From the NCBI GenBank assembly GCA_012838425.1, contig DUPG01000017.1, positions 32,343 to 96,342 of the forward strand: a DNA stretch of 64,000 bases, read 5' to 3'. The position numbers were made by a program, and so were the translations under genes. The notes beneath the pieces were generated by a model. It was not told where the DNA came from. It searched no databases and was given only the letters and a program-made list of their open reading frames with translations. Shown here piece by piece: positions 8,884-17,612 of this stretch. The first letter of the stretch is position 1. The number at the start of each line of letters is the position of its first letter. Origin of the DNA: Clostridiales bacterium. GTDB lineage: Bacteria > Bacillota > Clostridia > Christensenellales > CAG-138.

Positions 8884-8987
8884 GTGCTTTACGCGGAATG
8901 AATACGCTTGTGGCGAATGAAAACAGTGCTTTACACTGAATGACTATGCCCTTTTGGCAAATGAATACGGGCTTTGCCCGAATGAAG
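8884..8987 (+). repeat. tandem array of five ~21-nt units (mini stem-loop followed by GAATGAA)
   Basis: AATGA cores at about 8897, 8916, 8939, 8960 and 8981 (spacings 19, 23, 21, 21). Example stems: GGGCTTTGCCC, GTGCTTTACAC, CGCTTGTGGCG. Confidence 0.65.
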
Positions 8988-9178
8988 ATTTATCAGTGAG
9001 GAGTATGAAGTGTGGAGCTGTCGCGCAAGCGGGAATTAAAAACGCAGAGCAAATATGTAAAATGCTTACTTAATTTCTTGCAAGTTACTAATGAAAAAAG
9101 AGGGGAACTAATTCAATTACTCATTTGCCGTTTAGTATAAGCAAGCTATATAGGATATTCCTGCGCTAAACATCTAAC

Positions 9179-9203
9179 AAAAAAAGGACGCTTCCTTGCG
9201 TCC
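9179..9203 (-). terminator. rho-independent terminator of the CotH-VTC-DUF4956 operon
   Basis: Minus strand reads GGACGC-AAGGAA-GCGTCC followed by TTTTTTT. Confidence 0.7.
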
Positions 9204-9213
9204 CAGTCTTAAT

Positions 9214-9246
9214 TTTCATTCGGCGACCTGTTACCGTATTCATTCA
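9214..9246 (-). repeat. two GAATGAA units in the 3' UTR of the CotH operon
   Basis: Minus strand reads GAATGAATACGGTAACAGGTCGCCGAATGAAAA. Confidence 0.45.
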
Positions 9247-9285
9247 ATGCTAAAAGCGTTGTTTTAATTTGTGTAATGCTCCGCG

Positions 9286-9957
9286 TTACGCAACAATATC
9301 TCCTTTATGCGAAACGAGCATTGCGTCAAGAATCCCGTCAATCTTAATCAGCTTTTCAGTAAAGTTCAATTCATTTTGGCGCAGGCGAACCTCCAGCGTC
9401 AGCTCAATAGCGTCTTTATTAACGGTCTTGCTCTTTATAGTGCATTTGGGAAGCTGCTTCATAAGCGCCTTTACAGCGTTTGCCGCGTCGTCGGTATAGT
9501 GAATTATAAGCAGGTAGTTTGAGGAATCCTTAACCCGTACTATGTTCATCACTACCAATGCCAAGCCAATGAGAATCGCCGCTATTGCCGCTTCTAAGAA
9601 GAACGCGACGCCAATAGCTATTCCTTCACCTACCGCCCAAAACATAAACACGGTATCTATGGGATCCTTTACGGCTGTTCTGAAACGGATAATTGACAAA
9701 GCACCAACCATACCCAAGCTAAGAGTCAGGTTGTTGCTTATCAGCATAAGCATTAGGGATGTTACAAGCGTAAGCATTATATAGCTTATGTTCATGCTTC
9801 TTGAATACATAACGCCGTTGAAGGTAACCCTGTAAATAAAGAATATGAACAGACCTATAACAAAAGCCACCGCCATAGTTAGAATAAGCCTTGTAACATC
9901 AAGCTGCATCGAAAAATAATTCGTCACTGCAAAAAGGTTCAGCATACTATACCTCAT
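9286..9957 (-). CDS. DUF4956 domain-containing membrane protein
   Basis: 223 aa, multi-TM, with the family motif GALSIIRFRTAVKDPIDT. Confidence 0.8.
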   Translation of the reverse strand: MRYSMLNLFAVTNYFSMQLDVTRLILTMAVAFVIGLFIFFIYRVTFNGVMYSRSMNISYIMLTLVTSLMLMLISNNLTLSLGMVGALSIIRFRTAVKDPIDTVFMFWAVGEGIAIGVAFFLEAAIAAILIGLALVVMNIVRVKDSSNYLLIIHYTDDAANAVKALMKQLPKCTIKSKTVNKDAIELTLEVRLRQNELNFTEKLIKIDGILDAMLVSHKGDIVA

Positions 9958-10676
9958 ATAATTTCATATTTTCGGCATAAGCAGTACTTGCTTATCGCCT
10001 GTCTAACGCCAATGGTTTGTATTAGCTCACGCACATACTGCGGTAATGCATTGTTGAATTTTACCTCCATAACCAACAGCCCGTCCTCCAATACGGGATA
10101 TGTCGGAACATAGGGATTCGTAAAATCAAGGCTCCTGAAGCCCGTGCGCACGTCCTTATCAAATGTAATGCGCACATCCTCATAAGGAAATATGTACGGC
10201 TCCCTCACATAATCGACTATCACGCAGGGCCTCAAGCCTAAGCAGCGGAAATTATGGTGCATTTCCTTAGCAAAGGGCTCGTGCCTGTTAAGAAGAAAGC
10301 CGTAGTCGCCTTGAAGAATGTTATCACACTCTTGCCTTGAAAGCAATATTGAGTCCTTCAGAATATAGCCTGCTGTTTTGCGCTTTCTCTCAAGCTTAAC
10401 CTCGTCGTAATTGTGCCTGTACGCCCTTAGCCTGTACTTGTCCCTGTTATCAATGCCCGTCAGCTTCTCATTCAGGGAGGAATTATAGAAATCGTCAAAG
10501 TACAAGCTGCGTATGAAGTATTCTTTTACGCCATAGCCCTGAATCGCGTTTTCATCTGCCCTAAGCGTCATTTGCAGACGCTTTGAAAGCACAATGTACT
10601 CGCCATAGCTTATATAGTATTTAAGCTCGTGCCTGTATTTTGGCTGAAGTCTTCTTGCTCTCGTTTTATTAGCCAT
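9954..10676 (-). CDS. VTC-domain (polyphosphate polymerase-like) protein
   Basis: 240 aa. YRHELKYYIS...IRSLYFD pattern of the bacterial VTC/CYTH-like family. 4-nt overlaps with both neighbouring genes. Confidence 0.8.
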   Translation of the reverse strand: MANKTRARRLQPKYRHELKYYISYGEYIVLSKRLQMTLRADENAIQGYGVKEYFIRSLYFDDFYNSSLNEKLTGIDNRDKYRLRAYRHNYDEVKLERKRKTAGYILKDSILLSRQECDNILQGDYGFLLNRHEPFAKEMHHNFRCLGLRPCVIVDYVREPYIFPYEDVRITFDKDVRTGFRSLDFTNPYVPTYPVLEDGLLVMEVKFNNALPQYVRELIQTIGVRQAISKYCLCRKYEII

Positions 10677-13659
10677 TTCCGAATACCTCAGCCATATAGG
10701 CGTCTGACAGATTGAATTCTTCCTTTATCTGCTGCTTCATTATAGCAGGTCTTTCCTTTATAAAGCTCTTTATGTATTCAATGCCCCTATTGTACCTCTC
10801 GACTGATGAGTAGTTCTTGGGGTCAACATAGTCGAAGTACGGCGAATCGGGTGAATTGAATATAGAACGCTCCCTCGCAATTTCGGGGGAAACATATGCG
10901 TCCATCTCCTCTAAAATTTTAAGTATTCTGTTCGGCTCAAACACTGTGTTCATAAGTTCTGCGAATCTGCGAATGAATGCGTCGCGCCAATCCTGACGCT
11001 TCAATAGCGCGTTGAACAGGTCTGAATATGGCTGTGCCGACTGCCTGCGCGCGTAAAGCGTTTTATGCTGTGTGTAATCCCAGCCCCAGCAGAAGTCGTA
11101 GTATATGAAGCGCCACTTATGACCCTCGCCATACAGCCGGTACATCTGACAGTTCCAGTAATCCGAATTGCCCACATATATTTCGCATATCATGTAGTCC
11201 ATGAATGAGTCAAGGTCTATATTATCAGCTATATAATCGTAATGCTCCTTAACTGTAAGGTCGTGTGTGCGCACATACTGCATTAAGCTGCGCCAGTTAT
11301 CCACTGTGCCATGGTTTGCGCGCGTTTCGGACTTGATTAAATCCAAGTCCATAGCGTTGGTTGTGCCCTCATGCTGCGCCACAAAGAATCTGTTGCGCTT
11401 TTCTCGCATAAAGTAAACGCCCCAGTACCTGCCGTTTATGTAGAGAATGTAGGGCTTGAAATCTTGGTACAGGAAATTAACATCATAGCCCTTAAGCACC
11501 GCTATTGAGAACTCGTCGCGAATCTTGCCGTTGGCCTGGTTCTGTGCGCCGCAACGGAGAACTAATGATTTGTATTCTGTGAATGGCAAATCCTCAAAGA
11601 ACTTGTATTTCAATCGGCTTGAACCGTATTCGTCACGCGCATATATCGCAAGCCCCTTTTGCTCTCTGCCTCTGCCGAATGCACCTGTAATCTTTACGCC
11701 TATGTTTTGCTGAAATACCTGCTTGCCCGTGTCGTCAAACACTTCAAACGAAGCGGGTCTTTCCCAATCCTGCCAAAAGTTTGTGGGCCTTTGCCAGTAC
11801 GGCCATGTGTCTAATGTGGGGTCGAAGCTCTCACCATATGCGTATATGCCTGTTTTCTCGTCGAAAAGGTTTGCGGGGTCGGATACAAGCGCCATTACGG
11901 GCAAGGTATGGTTCACACCGTCGGTTTTTAATAGAAAAGTGCCGCTTGTGGTCGCGAATTTGCAAAAATATCCGTCTTTATATGCCATTGCGCGTATTAC
12001 TGTGTTTTTGTCAACGGTAATCGGCGCGGTGTATTTTTGCGAATTCACAGTGGGCGTTGTGCAGTCTGTTGTGTAGTAAATCGTTTCGCCTTCAACAGTA
12101 TAGAACTCAACCTGTATGGTTTCGGGATATATGCCCGGAGTCGTCTTAAAAACGGGTGCGGACAGCAGGCCTATATAGCCGTCATCGCCGTTCTTTGCGT
12201 TGGGTGTAGGCGTTTCGTAATAGCGTATCTGCATGGAGGAATCCCTGCCCACGCTAATATTCGTATAAAAATGCTTTGCGCCCAGCTTGTCTATGCAGTT
12301 ACCGTCTTTATCAAATAAAAAAACGAACTCGCCCTCTGAGCTAATACCGAAATTTGCTACTAAGTATTGGGTGGTTTCGGGTATGTCCTTTTGAGGTGAA
12401 ACGGCTAAAACGGTCAGATATTCGCCATGCTTAATTTCGACCTCGGGAAAAACCCATTTCGCAGGATTGTTAGCCGAATCCGAAAGCGAATATCCGCCCA
12501 AGTTTATTGTCTGACCTGTGTTGTTGTATAACTCAATCCAGTCGTAGTATTCGGAGCTTACAGCCAAGTATGAGCTGTTAGAGCCCGACAGCTCGGATAT
12601 ATACAGCCCCGTTGTCGGAAAAAAACTTAGTTTTGAGAACTGCTCGAAGCCCTCTTGCGTGTTCGGGAAGCCCGGTGTAGGCGTATTTGAGTTTTCGAAC
12701 TCGCCTGTGCCGTCAACAGTGCGTGCGTAGGACACATCAGCCCCCATGCGCGAAAAGCTTACGCTGTCAAGCACCCTGTTCTGCGGGTCGGAAATCAAAA
12801 ACGCTTCCTCATATGCCCTCAATGAGAAGGGCGCGTGCAGCTCTCCGTCAATAAGCCCCGCTTCGCCGGAGCAGAATATAAGCAGGTAGCCGTGCGCGGC
12901 AATCTTCACGCCGTCGGGTATTATGTATTTTGAGGGGCGCGCTAAATCGTCGGAAATTCCATAGCCCGACAAATCAATCTCTTTATCGGTTATATTGTAT
13001 AGCTCAACCCAGTCGGAAAACTGCTGTCTCTTATCCATTATGGTAGAAAGGTTTGAAGCCATTATCTCGTTTATAACTACGGTAGGCTCTGCTTCGGCAG
13101 GCTGCTGCGACTGCTTCCATTCGTTGAAAGCAGCTATTCCCGCTTCCGAATTTTCAAAGCCGGGGGAGGGCAGCATCTGTACCCATGTGTCCTTGCCGAC
13201 CTCACGCGCCAACGAATAGCCCTTCTCGACTGCTTTTAGCTGTATTGAGTCAATATCCCTTCCGCCAGAATCGAAAAGCAGAACCGCTTCATCTGCGGAT
13301 AATCTGAAATTCGCATGGAATTCGCCCAAGGTTGAGTCGCCCGAGCAGAACACGATTAAATAGCCCTTCGAAGCAATAGTTGTGCCTTTCGGGAATACAT
13401 ATTTCACACCGTCGGTTATTGAATCCGTAAGCCCGAAGCCCGATATGTCGGCTGTGTCGCTTCCGTTGTTAAAAAGCTCTATATAGTCGTGATAGCCTCC
13501 GTCTGCGCCTGCGAATACAGTGTTCTTTGTCATAACCTCGTTTATTTGTATGTCAACCGGGGCTTTGTGGATATTCCAGTCAACAAAAAATATAAGGTAA
13601 GCCGCCAGCGCGGAGAGTATTAAAAACACCAATATTGTTGTTAACGTTTTCTTTGCCAT
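10669..13659 (-). CDS. CotH kinase family protein with three lamin-tail domains
   Basis: 996 aa with an N-terminal TM/signal. Three LTD repeats (INE...DYIELFN...DISGFGLTD; DWVELYN..DLSGYGISD; DWIELYN..NLGGYSLSD), a chitobiase/FN3-associated-like segment (TIYYTTDCTTPT) and a C-terminal CotH domain. Confidence 0.85.
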   Translation of the reverse strand: MAKKTLTTILVFLILSALAAYLIFFVDWNIHKAPVDIQINEVMTKNTVFAGADGGYHDYIELFNNGSDTADISGFGLTDSITDGVKYVFPKGTTIASKGYLIVFCSGDSTLGEFHANFRLSADEAVLLFDSGGRDIDSIQLKAVEKGYSLAREVGKDTWVQMLPSPGFENSEAGIAAFNEWKQSQQPAEAEPTVVINEIMASNLSTIMDKRQQFSDWVELYNITDKEIDLSGYGISDDLARPSKYIIPDGVKIAAHGYLLIFCSGEAGLIDGELHAPFSLRAYEEAFLISDPQNRVLDSVSFSRMGADVSYARTVDGTGEFENSNTPTPGFPNTQEGFEQFSKLSFFPTTGLYISELSGSNSSYLAVSSEYYDWIELYNNTGQTINLGGYSLSDSANNPAKWVFPEVEIKHGEYLTVLAVSPQKDIPETTQYLVANFGISSEGEFVFLFDKDGNCIDKLGAKHFYTNISVGRDSSMQIRYYETPTPNAKNGDDGYIGLLSAPVFKTTPGIYPETIQVEFYTVEGETIYYTTDCTTPTVNSQKYTAPITVDKNTVIRAMAYKDGYFCKFATTSGTFLLKTDGVNHTLPVMALVSDPANLFDEKTGIYAYGESFDPTLDTWPYWQRPTNFWQDWERPASFEVFDDTGKQVFQQNIGVKITGAFGRGREQKGLAIYARDEYGSSRLKYKFFEDLPFTEYKSLVLRCGAQNQANGKIRDEFSIAVLKGYDVNFLYQDFKPYILYINGRYWGVYFMREKRNRFFVAQHEGTTNAMDLDLIKSETRANHGTVDNWRSLMQYVRTHDLTVKEHYDYIADNIDLDSFMDYMICEIYVGNSDYWNCQMYRLYGEGHKWRFIYYDFCWGWDYTQHKTLYARRQSAQPYSDLFNALLKRQDWRDAFIRRFAELMNTVFEPNRILKILEEMDAYVSPEIARERSIFNSPDSPYFDYVDPKNYSSVERYNRGIEYIKSFIKERPAIMKQQIKEEFNLSDAYMAEVFGNG

Positions 13660-13676
13660 TTACGCCTCCATATTAG

Positions 13677-13705
13677 ATAATAGCACAAGCGAACACTCTG
13701 CACAA
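13677..13705 (-). promoter_or_regulatory. candidate promoter of the CotH operon
   Basis: Minus strand reads TTGTGC, 17-nt spacer, TATTAT, with a TGc extension. Confidence 0.4.
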
Positions 13706-13834
13706 ATAGAAATTGATGAGCAAATTCTGCCGTATTACAGCGAAAGCTCGCGATAATAAATGCAACAGCAAGCGCAGCGTGAATTACTCACACAGCACCG
13801 TTTGAAATGTTATTATCAATAACTGATACGCCTG

Positions 13835-13864
13835 AAAAAAAGAAGCCGCACTGAGTACGGCTTC
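13835..13864 (-). terminator. rho-independent terminator of the RCC1-dockerin gene
   Basis: Minus strand reads GAAGCCG-TACTCAGTG-CGGCTTC followed by TTTTTTT. Confidence 0.75.
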
Positions 13865-13879
13865 CTTATTGGTTTTTTG

Positions 13880-16186
13880 CTATGATACCAAGTGCTTTAA
13901 TATCGCCATAGCGTCGCCTGTGTTCAGCTTCTTATCCTGATTGAAGTCCGCGGCTGATAATTGCTCTTCGTTTAATGTAGCTTTGCCTACAATGTATTGC
14001 AAAAGCAATACAGCGTCGCCTGTGTTTATCTTCTCGTCGCCGTTAACATCGCCTAACAGTATTTCGGGGAACACAACCTTAACGGGTATCGGGGACTGAC
14101 TTACAGTGCCGTCTCCAAGCTCGCCATAGCCGTAGCCGCCCCATGTCCATAGGCTGTTGTCATTTTTCAGCGCCATGCTGAATGTGCCACCTGCGGCAAT
14201 CGCTTTTACGCCTGTCATAATTTTAACGGGGCTGAGACAACGCTCGTATGATGCGTTGCCAATTTGACCGTAATAGTTGTCGCCCCAAGCCCACAAAGAG
14301 CCGTCGGTCTTTACCGCCATGCTGTGCTGTTCAGCGGTTGATACAAGCTTAACGCCGTCCATTATCTTTATTGGCAATAATGAGGACTCGGTCGTGCCGT
14401 TGCCGAACTGACCGTATGAGTTGTCGCCCCAAGCCCAAAGCGAGTCATCATTTAATATCGCCAAGCTATGCCAATTACCTGCCGAAACGGCCTTAACGTC
14501 GTCCATTATCTTAATGGGCGAGTGCTTTTCCGTTATGCTGCCGTCGCCAAGCTGACCGTTTGAGTTATACCCCCATACCCATAAAGAGCCGTCTGTCTTT
14601 ATAGCCAAGGTAAACGTGTTGCCAGCGGAGACCGACTCCACGTTTTCTATTATCTTTACGGGTTGATGGACATCCTGTGTGCTTCCGTTGCCTACCTGAC
14701 CGCGAAGGTTATGACCCCACGCCCATAATGAGCCGTCCTTTTTAATGGCCATGCTGTGATAATCGCCCGCCGAGATCGCTTTAACGCCTTCCATTATTTT
14801 AACGGGTACTAAGCTGTCCTCAGTGCTGTTATTTCCTAACTGACCATAATAGTTATTGCCCCATGTCCATAATGAGCCATCCTTTTTTAGTGCCATACTA
14901 TGGAATTCGCCTGTCGAAACGTCTATCACATCTTCCATTATCATAACCGCCTCATATCTGTTTTCCGTGCTGCCGTCGCCTAACTGACCATAAAAGTTAT
15001 TGCCCCAGCCAAGCAGAGTGCCGTCGGTTTTTATAGCCATACCCTGCGCTAATCCGGCGGAAATATAGGATATGTCCTGCATCGCTAACATTGGAGTATC
15101 CCTGAAAAACATCTTGCCGGTGCCCAACTCGCCGCTCATATTATCGCCCCATGCGAGCAAGGTTCCGTCGCTCTTTAACGCCATGCTGTGATAAGTGCTT
15201 GCGGCTGCGGTTTCCACGTCTGTCATTATACTTACGGGAGAAAGCGCGTTTTCGTTGCTGCCGTTGCCTATCTGACCGCTGCTGCCCATGCCCCAAGCCC
15301 ATAAAGTGTCGTCTTTCTTTATCGCCATGCTGTGAGTCTCGCCTAACACGACCGAGCGCACGCTCTGCATAATCTGAACAGGAGCAAGCCGATTTGTATC
15401 GCTGCCGTCTCCTAATTGACCTGACTTGTTATAGCCCCAGCCCCAGAGCGAGTTGTCATTTTTTATCACCATGCTGTGCCAGCCGCCCGCCGCGAACGCC
15501 AGCACATTTTCCATTAGCTTAATTGGTGTCCTGCTGCTTGTTGTGCTGTCGTTGCCCAGTTGACCGTAATCATTGTTTCCCCATATCCATAGCGCGCGGC
15601 CTTTGCGAGCCATGCTGTGCCAGCTGCCCGCCGCGACCGAATCAACACCCTCCATAACCTGTACGGGCGAATTTCTTTGCTCTTTAGTGCCGTCGCCAAG
15701 CTGACCATAGTCGTTCTGTCCCCATACCCAAAGTGAGCCGTCTTTCTGCACCGCCATGCTGTGATACATGCCCGCGTCAGCCGTTATCACATTTTCCATA
15801 ATCTTAACGGGAGTTGTTTTTTCCTCCGTAGTGCCGTCGCCAAGCTGACCATACATATTGCCGCCCCACGTCCAAAGTGAGCCGTCTGTTTTTATAGCCA
15901 AGCTGTGATAAAACCCTGCGCTTACGAAGGACACATCGTCTAAAACCTTTACGGGTGTGGCTGTAGATCGAGTGCTGCCGTCGCCAAGCTGACCAAACAG
16001 ATTGCTGCCCCACGCCCAAAGCGAGCCGTCGTTCTTCAATGCAAAGCTATGCTTACCGCCGGCCGCGATTTGCACAACAAAGGCTTTATATTCTTCGTCG
16101 TTTTGCGCCATAGCAAAGGGTGCTATTGAGGTAAGCAGCAGCAATAATGCTAAAACTGCTGAAATGTGCTTAAATGGTCTTTTCAT
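13880..16186 (-). CDS. secreted RCC1-repeat (beta-propeller) protein with C-terminal dockerin
   Basis: Start taken at MKRPFKHISAVLALLLLL (GGAGGG RBS). More than 12 repeats of the ..DGSLW.WG.N.YGQLGDG. type. The C-terminus carries two F-hand segments, DVNGDEKINTGDAVLLLQ and DFNQDKKLNTGDAMAILK. Confidence 0.85.
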   Translation of the reverse strand: MKRPFKHISAVLALLLLLTSIAPFAMAQNDEEYKAFVVQIAAGGKHSFALKNDGSLWAWGSNLFGQLGDGSTRSTATPVKVLDDVSFVSAGFYHSLAIKTDGSLWTWGGNMYGQLGDGTTEEKTTPVKIMENVITADAGMYHSMAVQKDGSLWVWGQNDYGQLGDGTKEQRNSPVQVMEGVDSVAAGSWHSMARKGRALWIWGNNDYGQLGNDSTTSSRTPIKLMENVLAFAAGGWHSMVIKNDNSLWGWGYNKSGQLGDGSDTNRLAPVQIMQSVRSVVLGETHSMAIKKDDTLWAWGMGSSGQIGNGSNENALSPVSIMTDVETAAASTYHSMALKSDGTLLAWGDNMSGELGTGKMFFRDTPMLAMQDISYISAGLAQGMAIKTDGTLLGWGNNFYGQLGDGSTENRYEAVMIMEDVIDVSTGEFHSMALKKDGSLWTWGNNYYGQLGNNSTEDSLVPVKIMEGVKAISAGDYHSMAIKKDGSLWAWGHNLRGQVGNGSTQDVHQPVKIIENVESVSAGNTFTLAIKTDGSLWVWGYNSNGQLGDGSITEKHSPIKIMDDVKAVSAGNWHSLAILNDDSLWAWGDNSYGQFGNGTTESSLLPIKIMDGVKLVSTAEQHSMAVKTDGSLWAWGDNYYGQIGNASYERCLSPVKIMTGVKAIAAGGTFSMALKNDNSLWTWGGYGYGELGDGTVSQSPIPVKVVFPEILLGDVNGDEKINTGDAVLLLQYIVGKATLNEEQLSAADFNQDKKLNTGDAMAILKHLVS

Positions 16187-16267
16187 ATTGCCCTCCAAAA
16201 AATGTTTGTGCGGAATCATATCCGCAATGCACTCACCAGCTTAAATAGACAAGATTCTACCATATAT

Positions 16268-16294
16268 ATTATAGCGTTCTCAGTAATATGTCAA
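16268..16294 (-). promoter_or_regulatory. candidate promoter of the RCC1-dockerin gene
   Basis: Minus strand has TTGACA followed 15-17 nt later by TATAAT/TAATAT. Confidence 0.35.
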
Positions 16295-16384
16295 GTATTC
16301 TTAAAATATTTATTGTGAAATTATTGATTTTTATTGGCTTAGTGTTATCTTCTGCTCAATCAGCATTCGGGCTCGGAAACAAAC

Positions 16385-16451
16385 TGCGGATAGGGCGATT
16401 CGAACTCGCAAGGGCGCAGCACAAACATCGAACAGGTCAGCCGCTTGCCGC
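16385..16451. repeat. 67-bp direct repeat, copy 1 (non-coding duplicate of a gene 3' end)
   Basis: 65/67 identical to 16562..16628. On the minus strand it reads GKRLTCSMFVLRPCEFESPYPQFVSEPEC*. Confidence 0.85.
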
Positions 16452-16518
16452 ATCAGGTCTTTCCTGTGAGATAATTATATGCTTATGCCGTAACTGTGAA
16501 TTGCTGACTTATATTCGC

Positions 16519-17217
16519 TTATCTTCTCCCAAGCAGTCTGTATTCCATTTCGGTTACATATTGCGGATAGGGCGATTCGAACTCGCAAGGGCGCAGCACA
16601 AACACCGAACCGGTCAGCCGCTTGCCGCTTGAATTCTTTTCTATGAGTGAAACTATATGGTCTTGCCCCTCAAGCTTTATCTTCTCGATAGTGAATTCCG
16701 TATCGTTATCGAAGGTCTTTACACAGGTGTAAGTACCATTCTCGAAAGTGAAGAATTCCGTATTAAGCGCCAGCTGCTTTATATCTACCTGCTTTTCGCC
16801 AAAGAAAGCGTTTACTATTGCTTGAAGCTGGCTCTCGCTTAATTCAAGCGTAGGATTCGGATTCTTTGTGTCCAGCACTTCATAGCCGTATTCGCTCGCT
16901 AAATATGCCGCCGCGCACCATATGAAGTCTGCATTGTCCTTGCTGTATTCATTAAATTGTGAAGCATATGCTAAAGAAATCAAAACGGGCAGCATTTTTT
17001 TGCTTGCTTCCTTGCCTGTGTTCGAAAAGGGGTCGTCGGTAGGCAGCGGAGTAACCGTAGATAAGCCTATGGGCGTCATAGATACCTGCGGAGTAGGCTC
17101 AATGGTAGGCTTTTGGGTTGCCTGCGGAGTGCCGGTAGGGTTAGTATTTTCATTAGTGCAGGCAAATGCGCTTGCAACGAATGCAACAAGCAAAAGCATT
17201 ACGGCGATTTTCTTCAT
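16519..17217 (-). CDS. lipoprotein of unknown function
   Basis: 232 aa. Signal peptide plus lipobox (ASAFAC) and a Pro/Thr-rich linker. Confidence 0.6.
   Translation of the reverse strand: MKKIAVMLLLVAFVASAFACTNENTNPTGTPQATQKPTIEPTPQVSMTPIGLSTVTPLPTDDPFSNTGKEASKKMLPVLISLAYASQFNEYSKDNADFIWCAAAYLASEYGYEVLDTKNPNPTLELSESQLQAIVNAFFGEKQVDIKQLALNTEFFTFENGTYTCVKTFDNDTEFTIEKIKLEGQDHIVSLIEKNSSGKRLTGSVFVLRPCEFESPYPQYVTEMEYRLLGRR
16562..16628. repeat. 67-bp direct repeat, copy 2 (inside the 3' end of CDS 16519..17217)
   Basis: Encodes GKRLTGSVFVLRPCEFESPYPQ of the lipoprotein. Confidence 0.85.
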
Positions 17218-17381
17218 GATATACTCCTTATGCGAGTGATTGAGTAAATTATACTCGTTTTTGTGGACAGGGGCAAATGTGAAATAATGAAAAATTTTAC
17301 AGAATTACTTGCTATATTGGCGATGCTTTCATATAGTATTTTTGCAAATTGTTAAAGAACATTATCATGTGTGAAGGTATT

Positions 17382-17612
17382 ATGAATAATCCCCTTTCAA
17401 CAACATTGAAGATTGTGGGCATTATATGGGGCTTTGTTGGCACTATTGCTGCTCTTATCGTTGGCATAAGCTTAGGCGATATACCTTTATATGAAAAATA
17501 TGCGCTGATTACTGCTTTTTTTATATTTGGAGTATCACTTTACTGCAATGCTCATATATGCGTTTGGAGAGGTGATAGCTTTGCTAAGCGCAACAAACCA
17601 AAGCCTTATTGA
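17382..17612 (+). CDS. small hypothetical membrane protein
   Basis: Start taken at MNNPLSTTLKIV. Two predicted TMs. An overlapping 47-aa alternative frame makes the 3' end uncertain. Confidence 0.35.
   Translation: MNNPLSTTLKIVGIIWGFVGTIAALIVGISLGDIPLYEKYALITAFFIFGVSLYCNAHICVWRGDSFAKRNKPKPY

Noticed and set aside
8898-8996. Short in-frame peptides inside the GAATGAA array (MNTLVANENSALH*, MTMPFWQMNTGFARMKIYQ*).
   Set aside because: The ATGs are part of the repeat core. No RBS precedes them, and the homologous array at 4370-4467 does not preserve the frames.
16390-16420. tRNA-like TPsiC motif (GAGTTCGAATCGCC on the minus strand).
   Set aside because: The flanking bases do not form a T-stem: GCGAG faces CGCCC. 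No acceptor or anticodon arms could be drawn. The sequence is accounted for as coding or duplicated coding sequence (CEFESPYP).
16288-16632. 114-aa plus-strand ORF with an internal repeat LRIGRFELARAQHKHRTGQPLAA.
   Set aside because: The internal repeat is just the 67-bp DNA duplication read on the wrong strand. The second copy lies antisense to the well-supported lipoprotein CDS. There is no RBS.
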